In this document: one piece after another, positions 55,020 through 63,783 of the stretch
Position numbering within the stretch: position 1 is the stretch's first letter
Layout: each line of letters starts with the position of its first letter
Assembly: GCA_037132055.1 (NCBI GenBank)
Contig: JBAXPX010000001.1
Location: 5,424 to 69,423 of the forward strand
Direction: 5' to 3'
From: a bacterium
GTDB lineage: Bacteria > Patescibacteriota > Minisyncoccia > Phycocordibacterales > UBA9973
DNA: 64,000 nt
Made by a program: the position numbers and the translations under genes
The notes under the pieces: generated by a model
What the model saw: only the letters and a program-made list of their open reading frames with translations
The model's database searches: none
Told to the model about the DNA's origin: nothing

Positions 55020-56225
55020 ATGCCAAAAGTAAACCAAGAAATAGAGACTTTCGCTCGTATCAAAGTCATCGGAATAGGGGGATCTGGGAAGAATGCAATC
55101 AACCACATGATCGCAACAAAAGTGAAAGGGGTAGAATTTATTTGTATGAATACTGATACTCAGGATCTGCATCATTCACAGGCTGAGAAAAAAATTCATA
55201 TTGGGAAAAATCTTACAAAAGGCCTAGGTGCTGGAATGAATCCAGAAATAGGAAGAAAGGCTGCTGAAGAAACTAAGGCTGAAATTCAAGATGTGATAAA
55301 AGGTTCAGAGATGGTCTTCATAGCTTGCGGAATGGGAGGTGGTACAGGTACAGGAGCCGCTCCGATAGTTGCTCGTGCAGCAAAAGAACAAGGAATACTA
55401 ACTGTAGCTGTTGTTACAAAACCATTTTTCTTTGAAGGAAGTCACAGAATGAAAATAGCAGATAAAGGACTAGAAGAACTAGCAAAAGAAGTAGATGCAA
55501 TAATAGTAATTCCAAACGACAAGCTTCTACAAATTTCCGATAAAAATACTAATTTCAAAAATGCTTTTGCAACTTGTGATGATGTTCTAAGACAAGCAGT
55601 GGAAGGCATATCTGACCTTATTACCACACCCGGTATCATAAACGTTGACTTTGCTGATATAAAAGCAGTGATGTCCGATGCTGGTTCTGCCCTTATGGGT
55701 ATAGGATCTGCTTCGGGTGAAAAAAGAGCTGAAAAAGCTGCATTAATGGCCATCAATTCCCCTCTTCTTGAAGTTTCAATAAATGGTGCAAAAGGAGTGT
55801 TGTTTGCAATCTCAGGCGGAGACGACATAACAATCCACGAAATTCAAGAAGCTGCAAAAATAATAACTGAATCAATAGACAAAGATGCAAAAGTTATTTT
55901 CGGAACCATTCACGACGAAAAAACTAAAAAGGGTGAAATAAAAGTCACCGTTATTGCTACCAGCTTCCCTACAGACATGCCACGCAAAAGTCTTTTCACT
56001 GGAACTTCTGTATTAAATACCCAACCAGTACTAAAAGAAGAAAACGCTCAAGCTGTAAAAAAAGAAATTCACAATAGCTTCATCAATATAAACAATAATA
56101 AAAGCAATGATGATTTTTTTAAGAAACCAGAAAAGAAACCAGAAATTGTAGAAGACATAATAATAGACGATGACGCCGACGATTGGTCCGCTGTACCTGC
56201 ATTTCTACGACGCAATAAGAAATAA
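55020..56225 (+). CDS. ftsZ: Cell division protein FtsZ
   Basis: GMGGGTGTG, NVDFAD, VPAFLRR tail. Confidence 0.98.
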   Translation: MPKVNQEIETFARIKVIGIGGSGKNAINHMIATKVKGVEFICMNTDTQDLHHSQAEKKIHIGKNLTKGLGAGMNPEIGRKAAEETKAEIQDVIKGSEMVFIACGMGGGTGTGAAPIVARAAKEQGILTVAVVTKPFFFEGSHRMKIADKGLEELAKEVDAIIVIPNDKLLQISDKNTNFKNAFATCDDVLRQAVEGISDLITTPGIINVDFADIKAVMSDAGSALMGIGSASGEKRAEKAALMAINSPLLEVSINGAKGVLFAISGGDDITIHEIQEAAKIITESIDKDAKVIFGTIHDEKTKKGEIKVTVIATSFPTDMPRKSLFTGTSVLNTQPVLKEENAQAVKKEIHNSFININNNKSNDDFFKKPEKKPEIVEDIIIDDDADDWSAVPAFLRRNKK

Positions 56226-56228
56226 TTT

Positions 56229-56375
56229 GTAAAAAAACCAAAACAAGATTTTTTCGGTACGGATTTTTTGAAGCTTAAAAAATCTCATCGAGCCTGAGGC
56301 TCTCAGAGCCGAAGGCCTGAAATTTTCGGCTCGTCAGCCTCAAAACCCCTTCAAAATCTTGTTTTGGTTTTTTAC
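56229..56375. repeat. MITE-like structured element with ~23-bp terminal inverted repeats
   Basis: GTAAAAAAACCAAAACAAGATTTT ... AAAATCTTGTTTTGGTTTTTTAC enclosing GC-rich hairpins. Confidence 0.7.
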
Positions 56376-56398
56376 TTTTTTTTGATATACTAACTCTT

Positions 56399-57382
56399 AT
56401 GATATATGACCTTATAATTATTGGCGGAGGGCCGGCTGGATCTGCTGCTGCTGTGTACGCCGCTCGCAAACGCTTAAATACTTTATTTATTACCGATGAA
56501 TTCGGAGGGCAATCTATCGTGTCTGAAAAAATATATAACTGGATTGGCACAACTGAAATCGCTGGGTCAAAACTTGCGGAAGATCTCAAAAATCATGTAC
56601 TAGCTAATAAAGGAGAAAAGCTTACTATAAAAGAAGGTTTAACCGTAGTAGCCATTGTGAAGATTGTGAAGGACGGTCCTTCACAAAATTCACAAAACTG
56701 TGAAGGACCGTCCTTCACAAGCACAGGTATTTTTTCAATAAAAACTGAGTCGGGAGAAGAGTTTGAAACAAAGACTGTTTTAATAACTACAGGAAGTAAG
56801 CGTAGAAAATTAGAAATAAAAAACGCTGACAAATTGGAACATAAAGGACTCACCTACTGTGCTACTTGTGATGGACCAATGTTTTCTGGCGCTGATGTTG
56901 TAGTTGTCGGCGGGGGCAACGCTGCTTTTGAAAGCGCTTCTCAACTTCTCGCATATTGTAATTCCGTAACAATTTTAAATAGAAGTGATTCATTTCGAGC
57001 TGATCAAATAACGATAGACAAACTTTCAAAAAATCCAAAACTCAAAATTATAAAAAATATTGAACTTCTGGAAGTTTTGGGTGATAAATTTGTAGAAGGA
57101 ATAAAATATAAAGATATAAATACAAACAAAGAAAACACTCTCAATATCACTGGGATTTTCGTAGAAATAGGCCAAATTCCAAATACTGAATTCGCAAAAG
57201 ACCTTATTTCCCTTGATAAAATAGGCAAAATTAAAATAGACCCATGGACTGGAAAAACAGAAACTTCAGGCATTTGGGCAGCTGGTGATTGTACTAATAT
57301 TCTCTATCATCAAAACAACATCGCCGCTGGCGATGCTGTAAAAGCTTTGGAGGATATTTATTTAACAATACACACTAAATAA
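56399..57382 (+). CDS. trxB: Thioredoxin reductase-like FAD oxidoreductase
   Basis: GGGPAG, CATCDG, VVGGGN, WAAGD. Confidence 0.92.
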   Translation: MIYDLIIIGGGPAGSAAAVYAARKRLNTLFITDEFGGQSIVSEKIYNWIGTTEIAGSKLAEDLKNHVLANKGEKLTIKEGLTVVAIVKIVKDGPSQNSQNCEGPSFTSTGIFSIKTESGEEFETKTVLITTGSKRRKLEIKNADKLEHKGLTYCATCDGPMFSGADVVVVGGGNAAFESASQLLAYCNSVTILNRSDSFRADQITIDKLSKNPKLKIIKNIELLEVLGDKFVEGIKYKDINTNKENTLNITGIFVEIGQIPNTEFAKDLISLDKIGKIKIDPWTGKTETSGIWAAGDCTNILYHQNNIAAGDAVKALEDIYLTIHTK

Positions 57383-57384
57383 GT

Positions 57385-57666
57385 TTATTCGCCATATCTA
57401 TTTTTCTTTCCATCGTTTGCGTGATATGAAATATCATCTTCAGTTTCTTTTATCCATTCAGATATAGAAAGACATTTCCCGAGACGCATTATACACCATT
57501 TGTCTTTCTGTCTAATTAAGTTCTCTTCTTTAAAATAAAGAGGGTACGAACCTTGTAAAAGCTCTATTGTTTCTTTCTTTTCTTGCTCAATCGCCAATTG
57601 CTCTTGTTCCGCTTTTTCAAAATCTATTTTGAGTTGTTCTTCATTTTTTTGTGGTAAATTTTCCAT
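57385..57666 (-). CDS. Hypothetical protein
   Basis: ORF from MENLPQ, with TATAAT shortly upstream. Confidence 0.55.
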   Translation of the reverse strand: MENLPQKNEEQLKIDFEKAEQEQLAIEQEKKETIELLQGSYPLYFKEENLIRQKDKWCIMRLGKCLSISEWIKETEDDISYHANDGKKNRYGE

Positions 57667-57813
57667 ATTTATATTATGAATTATAGAGGATAAAGATAAT
57701 TTTGCAAATTTTAATTTATTTGCCATTTTTTTATTTTCGTTGTAATATAAGCACGAAATAAAAAGACTGGAATAGTCCAGCTCTTAGACCGTTATTTAAC
57801 AAAAGGAGGTTTT

Positions 57814-58518
57814 ATGAACAAAAAAATTATTGTTGCTTTGGATGTAGACACACTCGAAAAGGCTAAACCCCTCATCGAAATGCTTGCACCACATGTAATG
57901 TGTTTCAAAGTAGGACTCGAACTTCTCACTGCAGAAGGAGCACCAAAGGTTGTCAACTGCATTCATTCAATGGGTGGCTCGGTCTTTTTTGACGGAAAAT
58001 TCAATGACATTCCAAACACAGTTGCCAATGCTGTAAAAGCCCTTGCAAAATTTGAAGTTGCAATGTTCAATATCCATGCGTCATCTGGCGTCGAGGCGAT
58101 GATGGCTGCAGTTGCGAACAGAGGGGTTTCCCTCGTTCTTGCTGTTACGGTTTTGACTTCGCTCGAAGAAAACAATGCTCACCTGATCTTTGGAGCACCG
58201 AGCAAAGCCAAGGTTTTGGAATTTGCAAGATATGCAAAAATTGCAGGTTGTGAAGGAATTATTTGCTCACCGCAAGAACTCGAGATTATCGGTAAACAAA
58301 AAGAGCTTAAAGGTCTCTTGAAAATCACTCCCGGCGTTCGTCCCCTGTGGGCTTCTGTTGGTGACCAAAAAAGAGTCATGACTCCAGGAGAAGCAATAAC
58401 AGCTGGAGCATACGCCATTGTAGTAGGCCGGCCCATCACAGACCCTTCGAAAGAAATCGGAACACCTGTGGATGCGATAAAAAGAATCCAGGAAGAAATC
58501 GATTCAGTACAACAATAA
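57814..58518 (+). CDS. pyrF: Orotidine-5'-phosphate decarboxylase
   Basis: VALD, KVG, DGKFNDIPNTV, TPGVRP, VVGRPI. Confidence 0.95.
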   Translation: MNKKIIVALDVDTLEKAKPLIEMLAPHVMCFKVGLELLTAEGAPKVVNCIHSMGGSVFFDGKFNDIPNTVANAVKALAKFEVAMFNIHASSGVEAMMAAVANRGVSLVLAVTVLTSLEENNAHLIFGAPSKAKVLEFARYAKIAGCEGIICSPQELEIIGKQKELKGLLKITPGVRPLWASVGDQKRVMTPGEAITAGAYAIVVGRPITDPSKEIGTPVDAIKRIQEEIDSVQQ

Positions 58519-58533
58519 AAAGGAGGAAAAGTT

Positions 58534-59295
58534 ATGACAGAAAAAAATGTTTTGACCTTGATAAAAAAAGGTCTGATTTTCAACCTTCTTCCTGGTAACA
58601 TTCCACCGGACCGTTTTATGACGAAGGAGGAAATGATCGCAATTTTTGATTTCTTTGGAGCATTTTGGGAATACAAAGGAAATCCCTGCCCTGAAAAACC
58701 GCATGCTCTTTTGAAATCTGGCTTGCACAGTAATGGTTTTGTTGTTTGTAAAGACGTATTGCAACATCCACGCATGTGCACCCTCTTTGCAAATGAAATC
58801 GTAAAACGTATTCTTAAAGACATGTCTCCAAGAAAAATCGATGTTATAACAAGTTCTGCGTACTCAGCTATCGCATTGGGTTGGGAAGTAGCCAGAATTA
58901 TAGGTAACTTTCACAACCCAAAAGTGGAATATATTCCGGTAGAAAAAGATGTGGATGGCAACCCGACAATAATCCGTGGAGGAATTGATTCTTCTAAAAA
59001 CGTTCTGGTCATAAATGAACTGATGACAACCGGAACCGGAAGCACCTGGGAAACAAAACAGGCAGTTTTAAACTGTAATGGTGTAAATTCGCCACCGACA
59101 GTCATTGATCCTGCTTTTGTTTTGGTTCATCGTTCAAAAGATTACGAGCTCCCGGACAACTCGTCCGTACGCCCAATGTTCCATTTTGACATTCGAAGCT
59201 TTGAACCTGAAGAATGCCCGTACTGCAAAGTAGGTTCAGAGGCTATCAAACCAAAAATTGGCAACAACTGGAATCTTTTACACGAAAGAGTGTAA
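58534..59295 (+). CDS. pyrE: Orotate phosphoribosyltransferase-like PRTase
   Basis: LLKSGLHSNGF, VLVINELMTTGTGST PRPP loop, C-terminal CPYC..KP; operonic with pyrF. Confidence 0.8.
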   Translation: MTEKNVLTLIKKGLIFNLLPGNIPPDRFMTKEEMIAIFDFFGAFWEYKGNPCPEKPHALLKSGLHSNGFVVCKDVLQHPRMCTLFANEIVKRILKDMSPRKIDVITSSAYSAIALGWEVARIIGNFHNPKVEYIPVEKDVDGNPTIIRGGIDSSKNVLVINELMTTGTGSTWETKQAVLNCNGVNSPPTVIDPAFVLVHRSKDYELPDNSSVRPMFHFDIRSFEPEECPYCKVGSEAIKPKIGNNWNLLHERV

Positions 59296-59367
59296 AGAAA
59301 AAAGTTGTATAACAACGAAAGAGTAGTTCTTTTTTACGAACTGCTCTTTTTTTATTTTTAATAAAAT

Positions 59368-60063
59368 TTAAAATTTGAGGAGTGTTTTGTTTATGTATTT
59401 TAAAACTATTTTCTCATATAAAATATAATAACCAAAAATTCCCATTGCTACTCCTCCTAAAAACCCCACAACAGTATGAAATTTTAATACGAATGTACCA
59501 ATCGCTCCAAAGAAAGCTAATGGCAAAAATACCCAGAATAGTGAACGCCAATGCTTATAGAGGAATATTCCCATGAAAACTAATGGTGCAACATGAAGGC
59601 TTGGAAAATCACCGAGAGGAGTACTTTGTGTATATAGACCTTGTAATGCTTGAAACATTCCTTCATTTATAAATAGATGCGAGTTGGGTCCATATGAAGT
59701 AAGCATAACTCCCGAAGCTGTGGTTGGAAAAATTATATAAATGACGTAAGTAATTAAATATACAAATACTACAGAGAAATAAAAAGATATAACCTGTATC
59801 GCAGTAATTCTTTTATTAAAAGCGTACAATATTCCTGAAAGAGGAACGTAAATAAGACAAGCCAAATACGGCCACATGATATAGATGTTCACAGGTGTCC
59901 ACGCGTCAATAAATGTTTTAAGAGAAACAGTATTCATCAGTCTTCCTCCCAATTCACAAATAGCTTGATACTGTATCATTACAAAGTACAAGAGAAAGTA
60001 AAGCGGAACAAATAATAAAAGCTTAAACCAAACACTATGATTAATTTTTTCCGAAATTTTCAT
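59368..60063 (-). CDS. PAP2-superfamily membrane protein
   Basis: IFPT, FPSLHVA and KFHTVV motifs, multiple TM helices. Confidence 0.8.
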   Translation of the reverse strand: MKISEKINHSVWFKLLLFVPLYFLLYFVMIQYQAICELGGRLMNTVSLKTFIDAWTPVNIYIMWPYLACLIYVPLSGILYAFNKRITAIQVISFYFSVVFVYLITYVIYIIFPTTASGVMLTSYGPNSHLFINEGMFQALQGLYTQSTPLGDFPSLHVAPLVFMGIFLYKHWRSLFWVFLPLAFFGAIGTFVLKFHTVVGFLGGVAMGIFGYYILYEKIVLKYINKTLLKF

Positions 60064-60094
60064 TGTCCGTTAATTATATCAAAACTTATGTATT

Positions 60095-60155
60095 TTGCGG
60101 TGTGTATTGGACAAAGTTCGAATTTATTTCGAACTTTGTCCAATACACACCGCAA
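60095..60155. repeat. Perfect palindrome, 28-bp arms with 5-nt loop
   Basis: TTGCGGTGTGTATTGGACAAAGTTCGAA-tttat-TTCGAACTTTGTCCAATACACACCGCAA. Confidence 0.97.
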
Positions 60156-60269
60156 CATTTGGAAATTGGGTTCCCCGCGAAAAAATGCGTCGGGGCGAAG
60201 CACCGACGACTGGGCTGAATTCCCGCCAAACCCCGCCCCCGCAAGGATTTCCCACACGGCGGAGCGCTC
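60150..60269. repeat. 120-bp inverted repeat, left copy (element 1)
   Basis: Exact reverse complement of 61671..61790. Confidence 0.97.
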
Positions 60270-60290
60270 TTCGTTACCAATACAAAATAT

Positions 60291-61814
60291 ATGAATCAAA
60301 CCAAAAAATTTTTTATATATACTCGCAAGTCGACGGACGACAAAGACCATCAGATTAGAAGTATTTCTGATCAGCTTTCCGAATTGAAAGAATTAGCGTT
60401 GAAAGAACGATTAGAAATAGTTGATATCTTTGTCGAGAAGCAGTCTGCCAAAATACCAGGCCGTCCGATATTTAACGAAATGCTAGAACGTATGGAGAAA
60501 GGCGAAGCATCTGGTATTTTGGCGTGGCATCCTGATAGACTTGCGAGAAACTCGGTAGATGGAGGAAAAGTCATCTACCTCGTTGATACCGAAGTTATAA
60601 AAGATTTAAAATTTTCGACTTTTTGGTTTGATCCGACACCGCAAGGCAAATTTATGCTTTCAATCGCTTTTTCCCAATCCAAATATTATGTGGATAATTT
60701 ATCAGAGAATATTAAACGCGGACAAAGAAACAAAGTGAAGGAAGGAATATGGCCTCAAAATGCTCCGCTTGGTTATGTAAATAAAGAAGGTGGTGGAATT
60801 GAGCCAAATATTATTCTTGCTCCACTTATTAAAAAAGCATTTGAGGCCTATGCAACAGGCAACTTCACTTTGCGACAAGTCCGCGATAAATTTAACGCAC
60901 TTGGTTTAACAGGAAAAAGCGATGGAGACCTTTCGGTGTCTAATTATCAAAAACTTTTAAGAAATCCGATTTTTACGGGAATGATGAGATATAACGGCGA
61001 AATTTACGAAGGCAAACACGAACCGATTATTTCAAAGAAACTTTTTGATTCCGTTGCCGAAGTGATGAGTAAAAAATCTAAATCGCATAGCAAAGGATTG
61101 AAGCCGTATATTTATCGGGGATTTTTCCGTTGTGACGAATGTGGCTGTTTTATCACTACCGAACAACAAAAAGGTCATAACTATTTACGATGTACGAAAC
61201 GGAAAAATCCTTGCAATCAGAAATATACACGAGAAGAACTCATCACTTCCCAAATACAAGAAGAAATCAAAAAAGTTTCTTTGCCACTCGATTGGTTAGA
61301 ATGGATGATTGGTGAAAATAAAAAAGACCAATCACCCGAAGTAGAATCGAGTACGCTTTTTGTTGATAATGTAAAATCCGACATTTCTCTTTTAGAATCT
61401 AAAATTGAGAAGCTGATGACGATGTATTTAGAAAATGCCCTAACACTCGACGAATATCGCGATATGAAAAATAAGCTGATGAACGAAAAACAGCTTCTCA
61501 AAGAGAAATTGTCGGATTTAGAACAAAAAGCGAATAATCGGTTCGAACTTACCGAAAAGTTTTTGAAATTCAATATGGAATTGGTAAACGATAGAACAAA
61601 TGAAGAAAATATTCATTTGTTCAAAAAAGTCGGTTCGAACTTTAGAATAAAAGATCGAACACTCCTTTTTGAGCGCTCCGCCGTGTGGGAAATCCTTGCG
61701 GGGGCGGGGTTTGGCGGGAATTCAGCCCAGTCGTCGGTGCTTCGCCCCGACGCATTTTTTCGCGGGGAACCCAATTTCCAAATGTTGCGGAGGGTACAGG
61801 ATTTGAACCTGTGA
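60291..61814 (+). CDS. Large serine recombinase 1
   Basis: YTRKS catalytic Ser, DRLARN, recombinase domain, zinc ribbon (FRCDECG..YLRC..C), coiled coil; last codons read from the tRNA-Ser antisense strand. Confidence 0.95.
   Translation: MNQTKKFFIYTRKSTDDKDHQIRSISDQLSELKELALKERLEIVDIFVEKQSAKIPGRPIFNEMLERMEKGEASGILAWHPDRLARNSVDGGKVIYLVDTEVIKDLKFSTFWFDPTPQGKFMLSIAFSQSKYYVDNLSENIKRGQRNKVKEGIWPQNAPLGYVNKEGGGIEPNIILAPLIKKAFEAYATGNFTLRQVRDKFNALGLTGKSDGDLSVSNYQKLLRNPIFTGMMRYNGEIYEGKHEPIISKKLFDSVAEVMSKKSKSHSKGLKPYIYRGFFRCDECGCFITTEQQKGHNYLRCTKRKNPCNQKYTREELITSQIQEEIKKVSLPLDWLEWMIGENKKDQSPEVESSTLFVDNVKSDISLLESKIEKLMTMYLENALTLDEYRDMKNKLMNEKQLLKEKLSDLEQKANNRFELTEKFLKFNMELVNDRTNEENIHLFKKVGSNFRIKDRTLLFERSAVWEILAGAGFGGNSAQSSVLRPDAFFRGEPNFQMLRRVQDLNL
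61671..61790. repeat. 120-bp inverted repeat, right copy (inside LSR1 3' end)
   Basis: Exact reverse complement of 60150..60269. Confidence 0.97.
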
Positions 61815-61874
61815 TCCACTTTCGCGGATTCCGGTTTTCGAAACCGGCGCCTTCAACCTCTCAGCCAACCCTCC
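61788..61874 (-). tRNA. tRNA-Ser(CGA)
   Basis: GGAGGGT/ACCCTCC acceptor, G discriminator, CCGGT-TTCGAAA-ACCGG anticodon arm, long variable arm. Confidence 0.93.
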
Positions 61875-61936
61875 CCTATAATAAAATCTAACATTTTTTG
61901 CGATTTTTTCAAAAATAATATAGTATTAGAAAATAT

Positions 61937-62008
61937 GGCCCTATCGTCTAACGGTTAGGACATCGGCTTTTCAAGCCGGTAATCCGGGTTCGATTCCCGG
62001 TAGGGTCA
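61937..62008 (+). tRNA. tRNA-Glu(TTC)
   Basis: GGCCCTA/TAGGGTC acceptor, TCGGC-TTTTCAA-GCCGG anticodon arm, GTTCGATT T-loop. Confidence 0.93.
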
Positions 62009-63543
62009 CCTAAAGAGAGATTGTGGAAATTAGAAATATGGAGCGGGTTTTCAAAATGAAAACTCGCACTGGGTAGCCCGCTTCCGCCCTTTGCGGAAGC
62101 GACAAAATCCCAAATCTCGCCAGAATGCATATGAATTGTTTTGTCCTTGATTTCAGGGTTAGAGCCAATTTTTTGAAAAAATTGCTTCCATTCAATTTGA
62201 TTGTCAGTTTTTTCCAAATCAACGGCTTCTTTCAAGGACAAAACCAAAATCCGCAAGGGTTCGATCCAATACTTTCTCTGTTGTCCAAAATCTTTCAAAC
62301 TTTCCTCAATTCCAGCTTTTTGACGAAGTAAAATATCTTTTCGTTCCAAATATTGTGAGCGTTCAATATCTCCGTCTAAATATATAGAAACAAGTTTATC
62401 TAGTTTTTCTTTAATTTCGGAAAGTTCAGATTTTAGATTTTGGACAACATTTCCTTTTTCTGAAATTGATTCTTGTTCCCATTCGTCAATTTTCTTTTCC
62501 ATTTTTTCAATTTCAGAAAAAGGAATTGACGCTTTTTGAAGCGAAGTTTTGATTTGTTCGGAGAGTGTGGATTCTGAAAGATACGGCTGAGAGCAAAAAC
62601 CTTTCTTTTTTGTGCAACGATAATAAATATAACGAGTACCAAAACGATTGATAGAATATTGAGCCGTAATCATACTTCCACACTCGCCACATTTGGCAAA
62701 ACCGAGAAAATGAAATGGATGAGCGATTTTAGATTTTCTCGGTTTTTGCCGAGACTTCAAAACTTTCTGCACTGCTTCAAAAAGTGTCGGAGAAAGTATT
62801 GGTTCAAAGCTTCCATTGTGCCATTCGTTATGATGTTTGATAAATCCTAAATATGCACGATTGGTAAGTAATCGCACAATGCAAGCTTTGGCAAGTGGCT
62901 TTCCTATTTTTGTGACAAGTCCTAAATCCGCCAAATACTTCGCTAGTCCTTCAATAGTGTAAATATTTTTTGAATATTCTTCAAAAGCTCTTACTACAAT
63001 TTTTGAATATACAGGATGAGGTTCAATAGTTTTAGTTTTTAAGTTATTTATATATCCATACGGAGCTTTTGTCAGCCATTCCCCACGGCGAAGTTTTTGG
63101 CGGATTCCTCGTTTTACATTTTCAACCAAGTTGTCAGAAAAATATTTGGATTGTCCGAAAGCCACTTGCAACATGAATTTCCCTTGCGGAGTTGGTTCAA
63201 ACCAAAACTGCGGAAAGCGCAAAGAAACAATTTTGCCAGTATCAACAAGATAGATAACTTTTCCACCATCAACACTATTTCTCGCTAATCGGTCAGGATG
63301 CCATGCTAATATTCCATTTGCTTCACCTTTTTCTATCTTATCTATCATTCTGGCAAATTGTTTTCGTCCTGTGGTCTTTGCGCTTTTCGATTCGGTAAAA
63401 GTTTCTTTTACTGAAATATTTTCTCTGCGAGCATATTCTTTCAATTCAAAAAGTTGAGCTTCAATACTCATTACTTGTTTATCGTCATCTTCCGTTGATT
63501 TTCTCGCGTAGAGAAAATATTTGTTTTGATTTGAGGAATTCAT
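61948..63543 (-). CDS. Large serine recombinase 2
   Basis: YARKS catalytic Ser, WHPDRLARN, AKCGECG..YYRC..C zinc ribbon, coiled coil; C-terminus runs antisense through tRNA-Glu; start at 63543 or 63549. Confidence 0.95.
   Translation of the reverse strand: MNSSNQNKYFLYARKSTEDDDKQVMSIEAQLFELKEYARRENISVKETFTESKSAKTTGRKQFARMIDKIEKGEANGILAWHPDRLARNSVDGGKVIYLVDTGKIVSLRFPQFWFEPTPQGKFMLQVAFGQSKYFSDNLVENVKRGIRQKLRRGEWLTKAPYGYINNLKTKTIEPHPVYSKIVVRAFEEYSKNIYTIEGLAKYLADLGLVTKIGKPLAKACIVRLLTNRAYLGFIKHHNEWHNGSFEPILSPTLFEAVQKVLKSRQKPRKSKIAHPFHFLGFAKCGECGSMITAQYSINRFGTRYIYYRCTKKKGFCSQPYLSESTLSEQIKTSLQKASIPFSEIEKMEKKIDEWEQESISEKGNVVQNLKSELSEIKEKLDKLVSIYLDGDIERSQYLERKDILLRQKAGIEESLKDFGQQRKYWIEPLRILVLSLKEAVDLEKTDNQIEWKQFFQKIGSNPEIKDKTIHMHSGEIWDFVASAKGGSGLPSASFHFENPLHISNFHNLSLGDPTGNRTRITGLKSRCPNR
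62006..62137. repeat. 132-bp inverted repeat, tRNA-proximal copy (element 2)
   Basis: Exact reverse complement of 63537..63668. Confidence 0.97.
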
Positions 63544-63668
63544 ATGCATTCTGGCGAGATTTGGGATTTTGTCGCTTCCGCAAAGGGCGGAAGCGGGCTA
63601 CCCAGTGCGAGTTTTCATTTTGAAAACCCGCTCCATATTTCTAATTTCCACAATCTCTCTTTAGGTGA
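63537..63668. repeat. 132-bp inverted repeat, distal copy (covers the LSR2 start codon)
   Basis: Exact reverse complement of 62006..62137. Confidence 0.97.
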
Positions 63669-63672
63669 ACTA

Positions 63673-63681
63673 ATTATATCA
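63673..63681 (-). promoter_or_regulatory. Extended -10 promoter (TGnTATAAT) facing LSR2
   Basis: Minus strand TGATATAAT; predicted start site falls near the outer edge of the inverted repeat. Confidence 0.55.
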
Positions 63682-63713
63682 TTTGCACGAATTTTTTACG
63701 AGAAAAACAAATA

Positions 63714-63783
63714 GCGTGCCTCGTGCGTGCTACGCACGCCTGTGTGATACACAGTTTTCTCCAAAGGAGAAAACGAGGCACGC
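63714..63783. other. Perfect four-way hairpin junction
   Basis: GCGTGCCTCG/CGAGGCACGC outer stem enclosing three hairpins with 3-nt loops. Confidence 0.85.

Larger units (their letters stand above)
60095..61790 (+). mobile_element. Element 1: recombinase-only integrative element at the tRNA-Ser 3' end
   Basis: Bounded by direct TTGCGG cores (60095-60100, 61785-61790); contains hairpin, 120-bp inverted repeats and an LSR gene. Confidence 0.75.

Noticed and set aside
57766-57790. PyrR-binding site upstream of pyrF
   Set aside because: Only AGTCCAG matches; the GAGG part and terminator/antiterminator are missing.
58179-58823. Long antisense ORFs (e.g. 58179-58823, 49624-50217, 54430-54981)
   Set aside because: Shadows of well-supported genes on the opposite strand, with no recognisable motifs.
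60037-60358. Short ORFs overlapping the left repeat of element 1 (also 61613-61891 and 62010-62331)
   Set aside because: By-products of the inverted copy of the recombinase 3' end, not independent genes.
60150-63668. Long inverted repeats as assembly artefacts
   Set aside because: The same layout occurs twice with unrelated sequences, both ending at tRNA 3' ends with coherent alternative tails. Considered unlikely, but only long reads can exclude it.
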